64,000 nucleotides of DNA, taken from positions 12,113,950 to 12,177,949 of the forward strand of contig NC_134026.1 in assembly GCF_964204645.1 (NCBI RefSeq), in the 5' to 3' direction. The position numbers were made by a program, and so were the translations under genes. The first letter of the stretch is position 1, and every line of letters begins with the position of its first letter. Origin of the DNA: Tubulanus polymorphus (Eukaryota; Animalia; Nemertea). Shown piece after piece: positions 50,911-61,310 of the stretch. The notes below the pieces were generated by a model, which saw nothing but the letters and a program-made list of their open reading frames with translations, was not told the origin of the DNA and ran no database searches.

Positions 50911-51334
50911 CTAATTAGTAAATTTATATGCTACAAATATAACAATAACTGTTCCACCTAAAATCCAAATTATTTCATATTTCTGTTGTTCTTTACTTGG
51001 GGTATAATAATCTGATAATTTAGGTTTGTATAGATGTAATTTTTCTTTATTGGTTACCGCGTTATATAAACTCATTGCATCATCGACTGATTGAAAATCT
51101 CTATGTGAAATCTTCTGATCATATAATTCCGCGTTAATATAATCCATATAGTTTTGTCTCTTTTCTCTATATTCTTCTGCAGCTTTATTATATTTTTTCT
51201 AATGCTAAGTTATGTCTTTTTTGTTCTGATAATGAACCATTTTTATCAATATGCTTAAATAAATAACCGCCACCAGTAAATGCTAAAGCGTTAACAATTG
51301 CCGATCCTATAATAGTTATAATTGCAGAAGCCAT
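50911..51334 (-). pseudogene. Small Polinton protein with hydrophobic N- and C-termini, frameshifted
   Basis: TAAATG start MASAIITIIGSAIVNALAFTGGGYLF..EQKRHNLALEK joins ORF 50911-51147. Confidence 0.6.
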
Positions 51335-51358
51335 TTATTTAGTAAAATAATTACGTAT

Positions 51359-51580
51359 TTATATGGGAGGAATATATTTTTGTTTTTCTAAATAATCAAT
51401 AGTTAAATTAGATAAAGTAACTGCAAATGTTAATTTTAAGATATCATTTATATCAAATCTATCAACATTAACACTTCGCATTTTAAATACTTTTTTTAAT
51501 ACCATTGAATAACCAACAGTTCCAACTGATAGTAATGCTCCATTATATAATCCAGTTATTATCCACTTATTATCACTCAT
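51359..51580 (-). CDS. Small hydrophobic Polinton protein
   Basis: T-run/TAAATG start; 73 aa ending DYLEKQKYIP. Confidence 0.65.
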   Translation of the reverse strand: MSDNKWIITGLYNGALLSVGTVGYSMVLKKVFKMRSVNVDRFDINDILKLTFAVTLSNLTIDYLEKQKYIPPI

Positions 51581-51937
51581 TTATTTATCAAAAAAATTAC
51601 TATCTTCAAAATATTTAGTTAACTTATTTATGATTATTTCAACATTTATTTCATTACTAGTTTCATTTGTATATATTTCAATTATTATTTTTTTAATATC
51701 AGCGATGATAAAATCTTCATCTAATTTATAAAATCTTAAAGATTCTCTAATTAAATTAGTAAACTTTTCTACATTTAAAGTTTCTTTATCTATTGTTGTT
51801 TCATACTCAAATGTTGTTTCATTAAAAAATGTAATATTTTTGATATGAGTTATTACATCATTAATGTTGAATTTCATTTCTTTCTCACGTTTCAAATCAA
51901 ATCCGAAACATATACTCGGTCCAACAGTTATATTCAT
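51581..51937 (-). CDS. Hypothetical protein
   Basis: T-run/TAAATG start. Its TAA stop abuts the next ATG. Confidence 0.6.
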   Translation of the reverse strand: MNITVGPSICFGFDLKREKEMKFNINDVITHIKNITFFNETTFEYETTIDKETLNVEKFTNLIRESLRFYKLDEDFIIADIKKIIIEIYTNETSNEINVEIIINKLTKYFEDSNFFDK

Positions 51938-51953
51938 TTATATAATGAAAAAA

Positions 51954-52709
51954 TTACTCTTTACATCTTTTAACTAATTCATAAATTACAGGAAAGTTAT
52001 TCAAATCAATTAAATATCCATTGTGATTTCTTATTTCTAATTTAAAATTATTAAATTGAGGAATACAAGGTTTAAAATCACATTCAGCTAAATTATAATT
52101 TATTTGCGTTCCAAATTGTTTAATATTTTTTAATGGTTAAATATTTAATATACTAGAATTACAAATTGTATCTTTAGTTGCTTCAAATGTTTTTGTTGGG
52201 TCAATTAAATTGCAATGAATATAAAAGTGTGTAAAAGGTATTATATTTGAGCTACCTTCTGCGTTTCCAGTAACAATACGCGATTTAATTCCTAACATTT
52301 TAGCTATTGGTTTGTTTACCATAAATTTATTTTGTTCATTGGCTAACTTTATTTTAATTTTATCAGAACTATCACTTTTTATAAATCTATTTGAAAATTT
52401 ATCTTCACTTTCAAGTTTTAATCGTGCTTTCCGATTAATTTCTTGGCCTAATGTTTCTAAATTATATAACCCTGGTTTTAAAAATAGATGAAACCATTTA
52501 TTTATATTTCCAATATGAATTAAAAAGTCTCTTTGTTCAAAAGTTTTAGCCGATATATTATAAAAAGAGTTACATAAACTTATATTAACTAATTTTAAAT
52601 CAACACAATTCTTAAATTCTCTATCTAATTGAACTAGTAAATTATGTGATTTATAATTTGTAAGTTATCTAGAATCAACAAATATTCTGTATTCTTTTAA
52701 TTCACCCAT
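51954..52709 (-). pseudogene. Probable minor capsid (penton) protein, frameshifted
   Basis: MGELKEYRIFVDS, SFYNI, LKPGLYN, FYIHCNLID and LEIRNHNGYLIDLNNFPVIYEL fit a single jelly-roll penton pattern. Confidence 0.65.
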
Positions 52710-52767
52710 TATTTATAACACAAAAAAATTACCTCTCATCACCACTGGTAATTTTTTTCCCTAATAA

Positions 52768-53815
52768 ATGGATGAGAAGATACCATGTGAAATTTGTGGT
52801 GAACTTCTAAGAAAAAATAATATGGCTCGACATATGAAAAAACATAATGAAAATTATAAACCCCCTAAACTAAACTGTCCAAAATGTAATAAATTATTCT
52901 CAAGAAATTATGTTAAAAAACATTCCGAGAAGTGTAAAATTAATGGCGCAACGGCTAATGTTGATAGTAATGAAAGTAATAGTAATTCTGTTGAAGTTGA
53001 ACCTGAAATTATTTGGAAAAGACCTTTCTTATTCTATGACAAGGATAATATGAAAGATCATTTCTGTGCCTTGTCAAATGAAATTTAGTCCTGAAAATAT
53101 AGAAGCTTGGGAGAATCATCAATTTCGTGAAGTACATATAGATAAAATTTCTAATAAATTTGAAGCAGAATTCAATGAAAGAAAAAATAGTTTATTAGAA
53201 AAAATAAAATATGAGAAAACGTTACCAGATAATAAAGAAACAGTTGAAAAGTTAGAAAAACAATATAATGAATTAACAAGAAAAACATATTATTGTAAAT
53301 ATTGTAAATTTATTATTACAACAAGTAATTCAAATCTACATAATAGAACAATAAAACATAAAGAAAACGTAAGAAAATACCAGGAGCTTAATGAAGATCT
53401 ATTACCAATAGATTATGAACACAAATGCCCACAATGTAATTATGCGACCTTAAGGCAAGAAGGTACTGTGTTATTTTGTAATGAATGTGGATGGCAAAAG
53501 AATTTATGGGGTGAAGAAAAAACTAGAGATTTTCTCATAGAACCTAAATCAGATTATCTAGATGAAATTTTTAAAATATTTTCTATAGAAGATCATACAC
53601 CAGAATATAAGCAATGGCTTGAAAAAATGAAAATAATAGAAAATAAAAATGGTGAAATAACTAAAAAAGATATTATAAAAACAATTATTCCATCAACATT
53701 TAACACAAAACAAAAGAAAATGTATTTATATTTATTATTTAACGATTATTATGAAAAACCTAAATTAACAGAAGAAGATATGGAAAATATAAAAAGAACA
53801 TTCAAACAAATATGA
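52768..53815 (+). CDS. Multi-zinc-finger protein (two overlapping ORFs, probably one frameshifted gene)
   Basis: CEIC..RHMKKH, CPKC..H..KC, CKYC..HNRTIKH and CPQC..CNEC. Extended start motif upstream. Confidence 0.7.
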
Positions 53816-54094
53816 ATGTATCATTTGGAAAATAGAATAACAGATTCAATTAATTATGAATTCTTTTTAAATAAGATTGTAAATTATTTAAACATCGATA
53901 TTATAATTCCATTTGACGAATTAACAAACAAAAAGAAACAAAGAGAGCGATATGAAATGTGGTACAAGATAGAAATTTATTTAAATGAGAAAAATGAAAT
54001 GGAAGAACCTAAACAAATTATACGAGAACAATTAAATGAAAATGAAGAAGCCAATAGTGATTTCGAGTATGATGATATTGATTTTCTGTTTTAA
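53816..54094 (+). CDS. Hypothetical acidic protein, possibly the C-terminus of the upstream gene
   Basis: 92-aa ORF in frame immediately after the TGA of 53066-53815. Confidence 0.45.
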   Translation: MYHLENRITDSINYEFFLNKIVNYLNIDIIIPFDELTNKKKQRERYEMWYKIEIYLNEKNEMEEPKQIIREQLNENEEANSDFEYDDIDFLF

Positions 54095-56584
54095 TGGCCA
54101 TAAGGTAATGTTTTTATACCATCATCTAAAATATGCCTTTTATCATCAAATGGATTCAAACTAGTTTTTTCAACTTCATTAATGTACATCTCGTGATCTT
54201 CTGATCTTAAACAATTCATTTTATGTTTCATTACAATTGAGTTATATAAACACTTTATATAATCTTGAAATTCTATATGTTTATCAACCACATGTTTTGT
54301 TATTCCTTTTAACTTTTTAGCTTCATGATCTTTTGTTCTGTAACTATACATTTTACTTCTTATCCCAACAAATTCAATCATCTCATCACCCCCTAATTCA
54401 TCTTTAAATTTACCAGGAATCTTTTTATTATCTTTGCTAAATAGTTCATGATCTTTGGGATAATTGCTAAAATCAAAATGATGTTTTAATGTTTTTAAGT
54501 CTTTTGTTATGTCATTTGTGTTGATTTTTAGTATGTAGGCATCCGTATTGAAGCAAATTAATGGAAATCCACAGTTGAATGTGCCATCTTCAGTTGATAA
54601 ATCATAAACATAATCTGATGGGTTATATATTTCAAATAAATCTTTAACTTCTTCAGTTAAATCTTTTTCTGTGTGGCTTAAATTAAAGCAATTTGGTTTA
54701 GATTTAATCAATCCAATATTCATATTGAAGCCTAATGAATTACATAATATATCTAACCCTGATATAGCAACTTTTCCTTTCTGTGCAAAGGTTATCTTTT
54801 TATCCTTTGTAAATTTTTTAGCACCATCTGCTGCGTAGAATCCAATGAAGAACCATTTTCTTAAATCATTTTTTGCATTTAATACATAATCTGGAACTAT
54901 CTTTTCTTTAGTTGAAGTATTACTTTTCACTATTGCATGAATATAGAATTCATCATTATATTTTATAGCAAAATCTTTAGGATTATTTACAAGTATTCTA
55001 TAAACTGCTGATGATTTCATAACATCCATGATTCTAAATGTTTTATGTGAATAAACTTCTTCACAGAATTTCTTAATTCTTTCTAATAATTTCAAGTCTT
55101 GATTGCATAAATACCAACAATATTTAATACCCCAAACATAATTATACACGCCTGCTGAACCATCACCCATGAAAAATCCTTTGATAAAATATTCTTTTTA
55201 TTCAGGTTTCAGGTTCTATATTATAAATATTATCAATTATTTCATCAAATGACATATGATTCATTCTTTGGAAAAATCTTTTATGTAATAATTCATCTCC
55301 AATTTTTATATCAGTTGGTTTTATTTCATCACCATTTCGTTTAATTAAACTATGATCTTCTGTAACATCTACAAACCCTAATTTAGTTCTAACTCTATAG
55401 ATTTTCTTATTTGTTTTATGCCTAATAATATTCTTTAATTTTTTCCATCCATTTCTTGTCCAAACATCCATTAAACCATTTATTTGTATTAATTCTTTTT
55501 CACCATATGAAATATAACATTCATTTTGTTTTGGAATTATTTCTGAAATTCTTCTTATCAATATTTTATTATTACATTTTAATAATATTGGGGTGTCAGC
55601 TGTAACAGAATCAAAATATAATATTTCAATATGCTTTTCCCCAAAAAGTGGTTGTAAAACATTATAATAAAAATCATGCATTAATAATTTTGATACTTCT
55701 AAAACAGTTGAACCAATGAATATAGGTTTATTAAATTTCATTGACGTTCTTTTTAATTTAACTTTAAATAATCTTCAAATCTTTTATTTCCTAAATGTCT
55801 AGGACTTGATTGTAAATGTCTTAATCTTTCAGAATTATTTACTAATTCAATATCATTTCTATTTCTAATGTTTTCACATGTTTCACCATAAAAACTATTA
55901 TACATTAATTTGAAGAAATCTTTTTCAAAATCTGTTTTTGATATGGTTCTCTGTTGAGTATTGAAATCTATATATTTTTCTAACCACTTCGATTGATTAA
56001 ATTCAATATATCTATGTACTTTCTTTAATTTCATTCCTTGTTTTAGATAAAATTTTAACATTCTATAATGAACAATATAATTGTACTTATTATTTTGAGT
56101 ATTAATTTTTCTGTAAAAACATGATCTTTCGGTTTTATTTTCTTCTGGTATTCACTAAATAACTATCATCTACGGTTAAATGTTCTGGGCAATAAGGTAA
56201 GTTTATTGTTTTAAACATTATATTTTTAGGATATTCTAAATCAACTACAAAGAAATAACCAATTGGTGCTTCATCTTTTAAACTCGCAATTGCGCTTTCC
56301 CAATCAGTTTTATCATCATTTTCAACTTCTGTTAATATAAAATTTTTATATGGTTGAGGTTGCATCATTGCCCAACCATATAAATTATTGGCGTCAATAT
56401 ATAATAATTTATATTCATCATTTGCTTTAAAATACCTATCTCCCATAACACCACTAATTCCACCTCTAATTGATTTTTCAAATTATAAAACCATATCTGG
56501 TTCTTTTAATAAATCTAATTTTACATTTGTATATTTTTAACCACATTGCCAGGTTAAACCAGGACTTGAATAACAATAACAAGG
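54091..56584 (-). pseudogene. pPolB C-terminal half (copy B), intein-containing and frameshifted
   Basis: YIDANNLYGWAM (motif A), KLMYNSFYGET (motif B), YFD|intein|TDA (motif C), GKFKDE, RSKMY, KLKGI and FDDKR..TLPYGH. Confidence 0.92.
54547..55609 (-). mobile_element. Intein with LAGLIDADG homing endonuclease in pPolB motif C (~354 aa, one frameshift near 55200)
   Basis: Block A SVTADTPILL, block B VDVTEDHSL, block C IKGFFMGDGS, block E FFIGFYAADG, block F YVYDLST, terminal ICFN followed by Thr+1. Confidence 0.93.
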
Positions 56585-57471
56585 GTTGAACCTATAAATA
56601 TTGGTTTATTAAATTTCATGGACGTTCTTTTTAATTTTACTGCTGTTAAATAATCTTCAAATCTTTTATTTCCTAAATGTCTAGGACTTGATTGTAAATG
56701 TCTTAATCTTTCAGAATTATTCACTAATTCAATATCATTTCTATTTCTAATATTTTCACATGTTTTACCATAAAAACTATTATTCATTAATTTGAAGAAA
56801 TCTTTTTCAAAATCTGTTTTTGATATTGTTCTCTGTTGAGTATTGAAATCTATATATTTTTCTAACCACTTCGATTGATTAAATTCAATATATCTATGTA
56901 CTTTCTTTAATTTCATTCCTTGTTTTAGATAAAATTTTAACATTCTATAATGAACAATATAATTGTATTTATTATTTTGAGTAAGTATTAATTTTTCTGT
57001 AAAAACATGATCTTTCGGTTTTACTTTCTTCTGGTATTCACTTAAATAACTATCATCTACAGTTAAATGTTCTGGGCAATAAGGTAAGTTTCTTGTTTTA
57101 AACTTTATATTTTCAGGATATTCTAAATCAACTACAAAGAAATAACCAATTGGTGCTTCATCTTTTAAACTCGCAATTGCGCTTTCCCAATCAGTTTTAT
57201 CACCATTTTCAACTTCTGTTAATATAAAATTTTTATATGGTTGAGGTTGCATCATTGCCCAACCATATAAATTATTGGTGTCAATATATAATAATTTATA
57301 TTCATCATTTGCTTTAAAATACCTATCTCCCATAACACCACTAATTCCACCTCTAATTGATTTTTCAAATAATAAAACCATATCTGGTTCTTTTAATAAA
57401 TCTAATTCTACATTTGTATATTTTAAACCACATTGCCAGGTTAAACCAGGACTAGAGTAGCAATAACAAGG
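55707..57471. repeat. Diverged ~880-bp tandem duplication within polB (55707-56584 and 56585-57471)
   Basis: The segment PCYCYSSPGL...KPIFIGST is encoded twice, with substitutions and small indels. Confidence 0.95.
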
Positions 57472-59481
57472 ATCAACATTAAAATGATTCAAATTAACTT
57501 CTCTAAATTTTTCAAATATGTCAGCCAATATCATAACATCTGATTTTAAATATAAATCAACTAATTCGCCATGATTTTTCATCTTAAAATGGTTCCAAAT
57601 ATTTAATGTTCTATCAAAAACTTCGTCTTTCACATACTCCTCTTTTAATTTATCATAAAATTGATCTTTTAATAATTCTGTTACATTAAAATCATCATGT
57701 GTTTTATAAAATGAATAAGGAATTGCGCCTTTATATCTCAATAATTTAAAATCTTGTTCATTTGGATAATAATATCGAGTTATAATAAAATCATTATCAA
57801 CTAAACTTTTTGATAAATTATCTAATGAACTTGCTAGAAATCTATAAGAATCTAAAAATCTAATACAACCAAATTGAAATGAAATATAATTTTCAGATGT
57901 TTTAGCTAATAGTTTAAAATCATATTTTCTTACATTTACACCATTCATAGCATTATATTCTTCTATTTCTTGATTAATTGCGCCCAATTTTCCCGATAAT
58001 TGTTTTATAAATAGATGGGTATCATATCCTGATAAATTATGAAATAATATTGGTACGAAATTTACTTTTTTAGCTTGTAAATTGCAATCTTCATGAGCAG
58101 CTCCACGATATTTTGAATTCAAATGATCATGATCTCTAACTCTTTTATCAAATGAATAAAAACGTTTTTCACAATAACAACAATGAGTTGCATAATTAAA
58201 ATCAATTTCATCTTCTTTTGTCATAACTATTCTTTTATTTTTGTTTAATAATTTTGTAAAATCACTTTCTAATTCAATCATTTTCTCACAAAAATCATTA
58301 ACTACATCTTCACCTCTAAAAGAAATATATTGACTTTCATATAATTCAGGATAATTTGATTTTATATAAATTCCATAAGCAGCAGCTCTTTGATGAACTT
58401 TTTTAATTGTATTTATAATTGGTGGGTCTTGTATTGTGTCTTCATTTAATTCATTTCCTTTATCCATTGATTTTAATAATTGCTTTTTGTTATAAATTTC
58501 TTTTCTATCTTGATCAGTTAATTCTTTATTCAACGATTCAAAATCCCCATAAATTACAAATGGAACAATATTTTTAAATTTATGATTAGTAAATTTCAAT
58601 TTATAATCTTTTTCTGTTGGCATTATTAATTTACAAAAATCTTTATTATCACATAATTCTTTATGTTTTAATAATGTATTCTCAGTCATAAATTTAGATA
58701 AACATTTTCTACATAGATAAATTTTACGATGATGATCACTTTCTGTTCTAAAGAATAAATCAATTTGTTTTAACCACATATAATGTTCATTTTCATCTTT
58801 TTTGTAATATAACAAATCTATAGCATTTTCATCATCATAATATTCTGTTAAATATAAAGCTTCCAAGGTATAATCTTTAATATTTTCACCTTTTGTCTTT
58901 GGTAATTGCATTAATTCGAATACATTTATTTTTAAATTATTAATTTTTTCTATTTTGGGTATCATTTTTATAGTTACTGGATATTGATCAATTTTATATA
59001 ATGTTTCATATTTCCGGTAATTTGTTATTCTAAAACTATGTGTAATATCTTCTGTTGGGTGTAAGCAACTAATAATTGACCATAGAAAACATTTATTATC
59101 TTCATTTTGAATATTTATTACTGCTTTTGTTGTAAATGGTAATTGAATATAAGATGATGCTTTAATATCCTTTTCTGTTGTAAAGTTTGAATCATTTTTA
59201 AACATTTTATTACTTTTTGATGTTTTATTCCTTTTTGTATTATAAACATTTAAATCTAAATATATAATTTCATTCAATGTTAAGCCAGAACCCTCAAAAT
59301 ATCTTTCTTCAATATGACGTTTAAATTCATTTAATATTTTTTCTAACTTCTCTTTTATTTGTGTTTTTGAAATTATTTCTTCAGAGAGTGTTTGAATATT
59401 ATAATTCATTTTTTCTTCTGACTTTATAAAACTTACTTTCCCAGAGATACTAATTTTTGGATATTCAACATCTGTTATCAA
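56554..59481 (-). CDS. Protein-primed family B DNA polymerase (copy A), truncated before motif C, with inserted endonuclease VII/HNH domain
   Basis: NEDNKCFLWS, ExoI YGDFES, CCYC..VRDHDH..YRGAAHEDCN, ExoII FHNLSGYD, ExoIII YLKSDV, motif A YIDTNNLYG and motif B KLMNNSFYGKT. Confidence 0.95.
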   Translation of the reverse strand: MITDVEYPKISISGKVSFIKSEEKMNYNIQTLSEEIISKTQIKEKLEKILNEFKRHIEERYFEGSGLTLNEIIYLDLNVYNTKRNKTSKSNKMFKNDSNFTTEKDIKASSYIQLPFTTKAVINIQNEDNKCFLWSIISCLHPTEDITHSFRITNYRKYETLYKIDQYPVTIKMIPKIEKINNLKINVFELMQLPKTKGENIKDYTLEALYLTEYYDDENAIDLLYYKKDENEHYMWLKQIDLFFRTESDHHRKIYLCRKCLSKFMTENTLLKHKELCDNKDFCKLIMPTEKDYKLKFTNHKFKNIVPFVIYGDFESLNKELTDQDRKEIYNKKQLLKSMDKGNELNEDTIQDPPIINTIKKVHQRAAAYGIYIKSNYPELYESQYISFRGEDVVNDFCEKMIELESDFTKLLNKNKRIVMTKEDEIDFNYATHCCYCEKRFYSFDKRVRDHDHLNSKYRGAAHEDCNLQAKKVNFVPILFHNLSGYDTHLFIKQLSGKLGAINQEIEEYNAMNGVNVRKYDFKLLAKTSENYISFQFGCIRFLDSYRFLASSLDNLSKSLVDNDFIITRYYYPNEQDFKLLRYKGAIPYSFYKTHDDFNVTELLKDQFYDKLKEEYVKDEVFDRTLNIWNHFKMKNHGELVDLYLKSDVMILADIFEKFREVNLNHFNVDPCYCYSSPGLTWQCGLKYTNVELDLLKEPDMVLLFEKSIRGGISGVMGDRYFKANDEYKLLYIDTNNLYGWAMMQPQPYKNFILTEVENGDKTDWESAIASLKDEAPIGYFFVVDLEYPENIKFKTRNLPYCPEHLTVDDSYLSEYQKKVKPKDHVFTEKLILTQNNKYNYIVHYRMLKFYLKQGMKLKKVHRYIEFNQSKWLEKYIDFNTQQRTISKTDFEKDFFKLMNNSFYGKTCENIRNRNDIELVNNSERLRHLQSSPRHLGNKRFEDYLTAVKLKRTSMKFNKPIFIGSTLVIVIQVLV

Positions 59482-59525
59482 ATCTAGTATTTTTTCTATT
59501 ATTTCATTAAATTTACTATAATCTT

Positions 59526-60035
59526 CTATTGTTGTACCTTTAAAAATCTAAATATAATAGCTGCAGGACCAATTTTACTATGTAATGTTTCTAAGATTTC
59601 AATTGTATCTTTTATTTCTAGTGAATCAATATAATTTCTAACATTTTCCATGTAAGGTTTATTTGAAATGGATTTAGTTTTTGAAGTTGATTCTTTTACT
59701 TGTTGAGGTTTATCATCAAAATAATCTATTCCTAAAACATTATTTCTCAAATTTTGATGGTGTTTTTCTGTTTCGAGATGTCTATTATAATTCCTTTTTG
59801 TTATAAATTCATCACAAACTTCACATTTTATTTCATTCACATTCATATTTTCTAATCGTTCTTTTCTTTCATTGGAATTTTCTGGAGTTTCAAAATCTAT
59901 TACATTTTTTATATGATTTGCAGTTTTTTCATGTCGTGTTTTATTAGATGTATCGATGTATTTTTTACAATATTGACAATAATATTGATTTTTATTGACA
60001 TTATTGTTTTCTAGTTGGTGTTCATTCTCCCCCAT
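59526..60035 (-). CDS. Two-zinc-finger ORF, probably the frameshifted N-terminus of pPolB
   Basis: CQYC..RHEKTANH and CEVC..RHLETEKH. Carries the only TAAATG start upstream of the pPolB ORF, which itself begins at TTG. Confidence 0.7.
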   Translation of the reverse strand: MGENEHQLENNNVNKNQYYCQYCKKYIDTSNKTRHEKTANHIKNVIDFETPENSNERKERLENMNVNEIKCEVCDEFITKRNYNRHLETEKHHQNLRNNVLGIDYFDDKPQQVKESTSKTKSISNKPYMENVRNYIDSLEIKDTIEILETLHSKIGPAAIIFRFLKVQQ

Positions 60036-60120
60036 TTATTAGGAAAAAAAATTACTTGTGGTGATGAGTGGTGTCTCGTCCTCTCGTCCTCTGGTATGAA
60101 AGCCACATATTCTAATTACT
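60030..60120 (-). repeat. Right TIR of the Polinton
   Basis: Reverse complement reads AGTAATTAGAATATGTGGCTTTCATACCAGAGGACGAGAGGACGAGACACCACTCATCACCACAAGTAATTTTTTTTCCTAATAAATGGG. Confidence 0.92.
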
Positions 60121-60139
60121 CTGATGATATACCGAATTC

Positions 60140-61310
60140 TTTTGACATAAGTCTATGATCGGTGCTGGTAGTTCATTGTTGATAAGCTGATATGCGTGTC
60201 TAAGTATTTCTAACTGGATCATGTCTTGGAATTTTAGAATTTTTAATTTGCGAAATATTGGATCTGTGGGGCTATTGTATGCTGATTTAGAAATAATTCG
60301 AACGGCTTTTTTCGAATCTGGACAGGTTTCTTTTTCAGATAAGAGGGCCCAATGAGATGAGTGAGTACGTAAAATGGCAATGGATATAACTGAAATAAAG
60401 TTGTCTTAAACAATATGTAGGTACTAAATGTTTAACAGAGTTAATTGAATAAATTTGACTAGCTATTTTGGTGCAGATTTTACTAATGTGTAAATTGAAA
60501 TCAAGAAACTCGTCTAAATGTAATCCAAGGAAGCATGTTGATGATACTAAATTAAGTTCCTTGTTGTCTACTTTATCGTATAATCTTGATTCTTAATATT
60601 TTTGAATATTTTTAATTCTATTTGGTTTAAAAAGAATTACTTTTGTTTTAGAAATGTTAACAGTTAAATTATTAGCAGTAAACCAATCTTGTAGTATATT
60701 CAAGTCATTTTCAATGGTTTGTATCAGATAATCAATTGAGCTTCCGCTAATATATACGGTCGTGTCGTCGGCGAATAAGATAGGTTTACATTTTTTCAGA
60801 CACATGTGCATATCGTTAATGTATACTAAAAACAGTAATGGTCCTAATACGGAACCTTGAGGTATACCGTAGTTAATGTGTGATATTTCAGATTGAATAC
60901 TGGAGAAGTTAACATACATTGAGCGCTTTTCTAGGTAACTTTTAAACCATGACAAAACATTTCCTCTTATACCATATACATATAATTTATGAATTAGATA
61001 TTCAATATTTAGGCAATCGAATGCTTTACTCAAATCAATAAATGCGGCTAGTGTAAAACAGTTAGATTCAAATGATTTTATTATATATCCTATTAGTTCC
61101 ATGCTAGCATGGCTGGTAGCATGGCCAGTTCTAAAACCATATTGACTTTTATATAAGATAGAGTACTTAATCAAATAGCCATATAATCGCTTATGTATTA
61201 TCTTTTCAAGAATTTTAGAGATGGTTGGCAATAGTGATATCGGTCGATAGTTTTCAAAGCTCCTTTTATCGTCTCTTTTATAGATAGGTGTTACACTGGC
61301 TATTTTAAAT
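60140..61310 (-). pseudogene. CR1/L2-group LINE reverse transcriptase fragment
   Basis: YRPISLLPTISKILEK, QYGFR, DLSKAFD, GIPQGSVLGP and LFADD. Confidence 0.92.

Larger units (their letters stand above)
42710..60120. mobile_element. Polinton/Maverick (adintovirus-like) endogenous virus, ~17.4 kb, partly degraded and probably chimeric
   Basis: AGTAATT...AATTACT termini with imperfect TIRs. Encodes pPolB, rve integrase, packaging ATPase and capsid proteins. Sharp switch to very AT-rich, intronless, gene-dense sequence. Confidence 0.95.
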
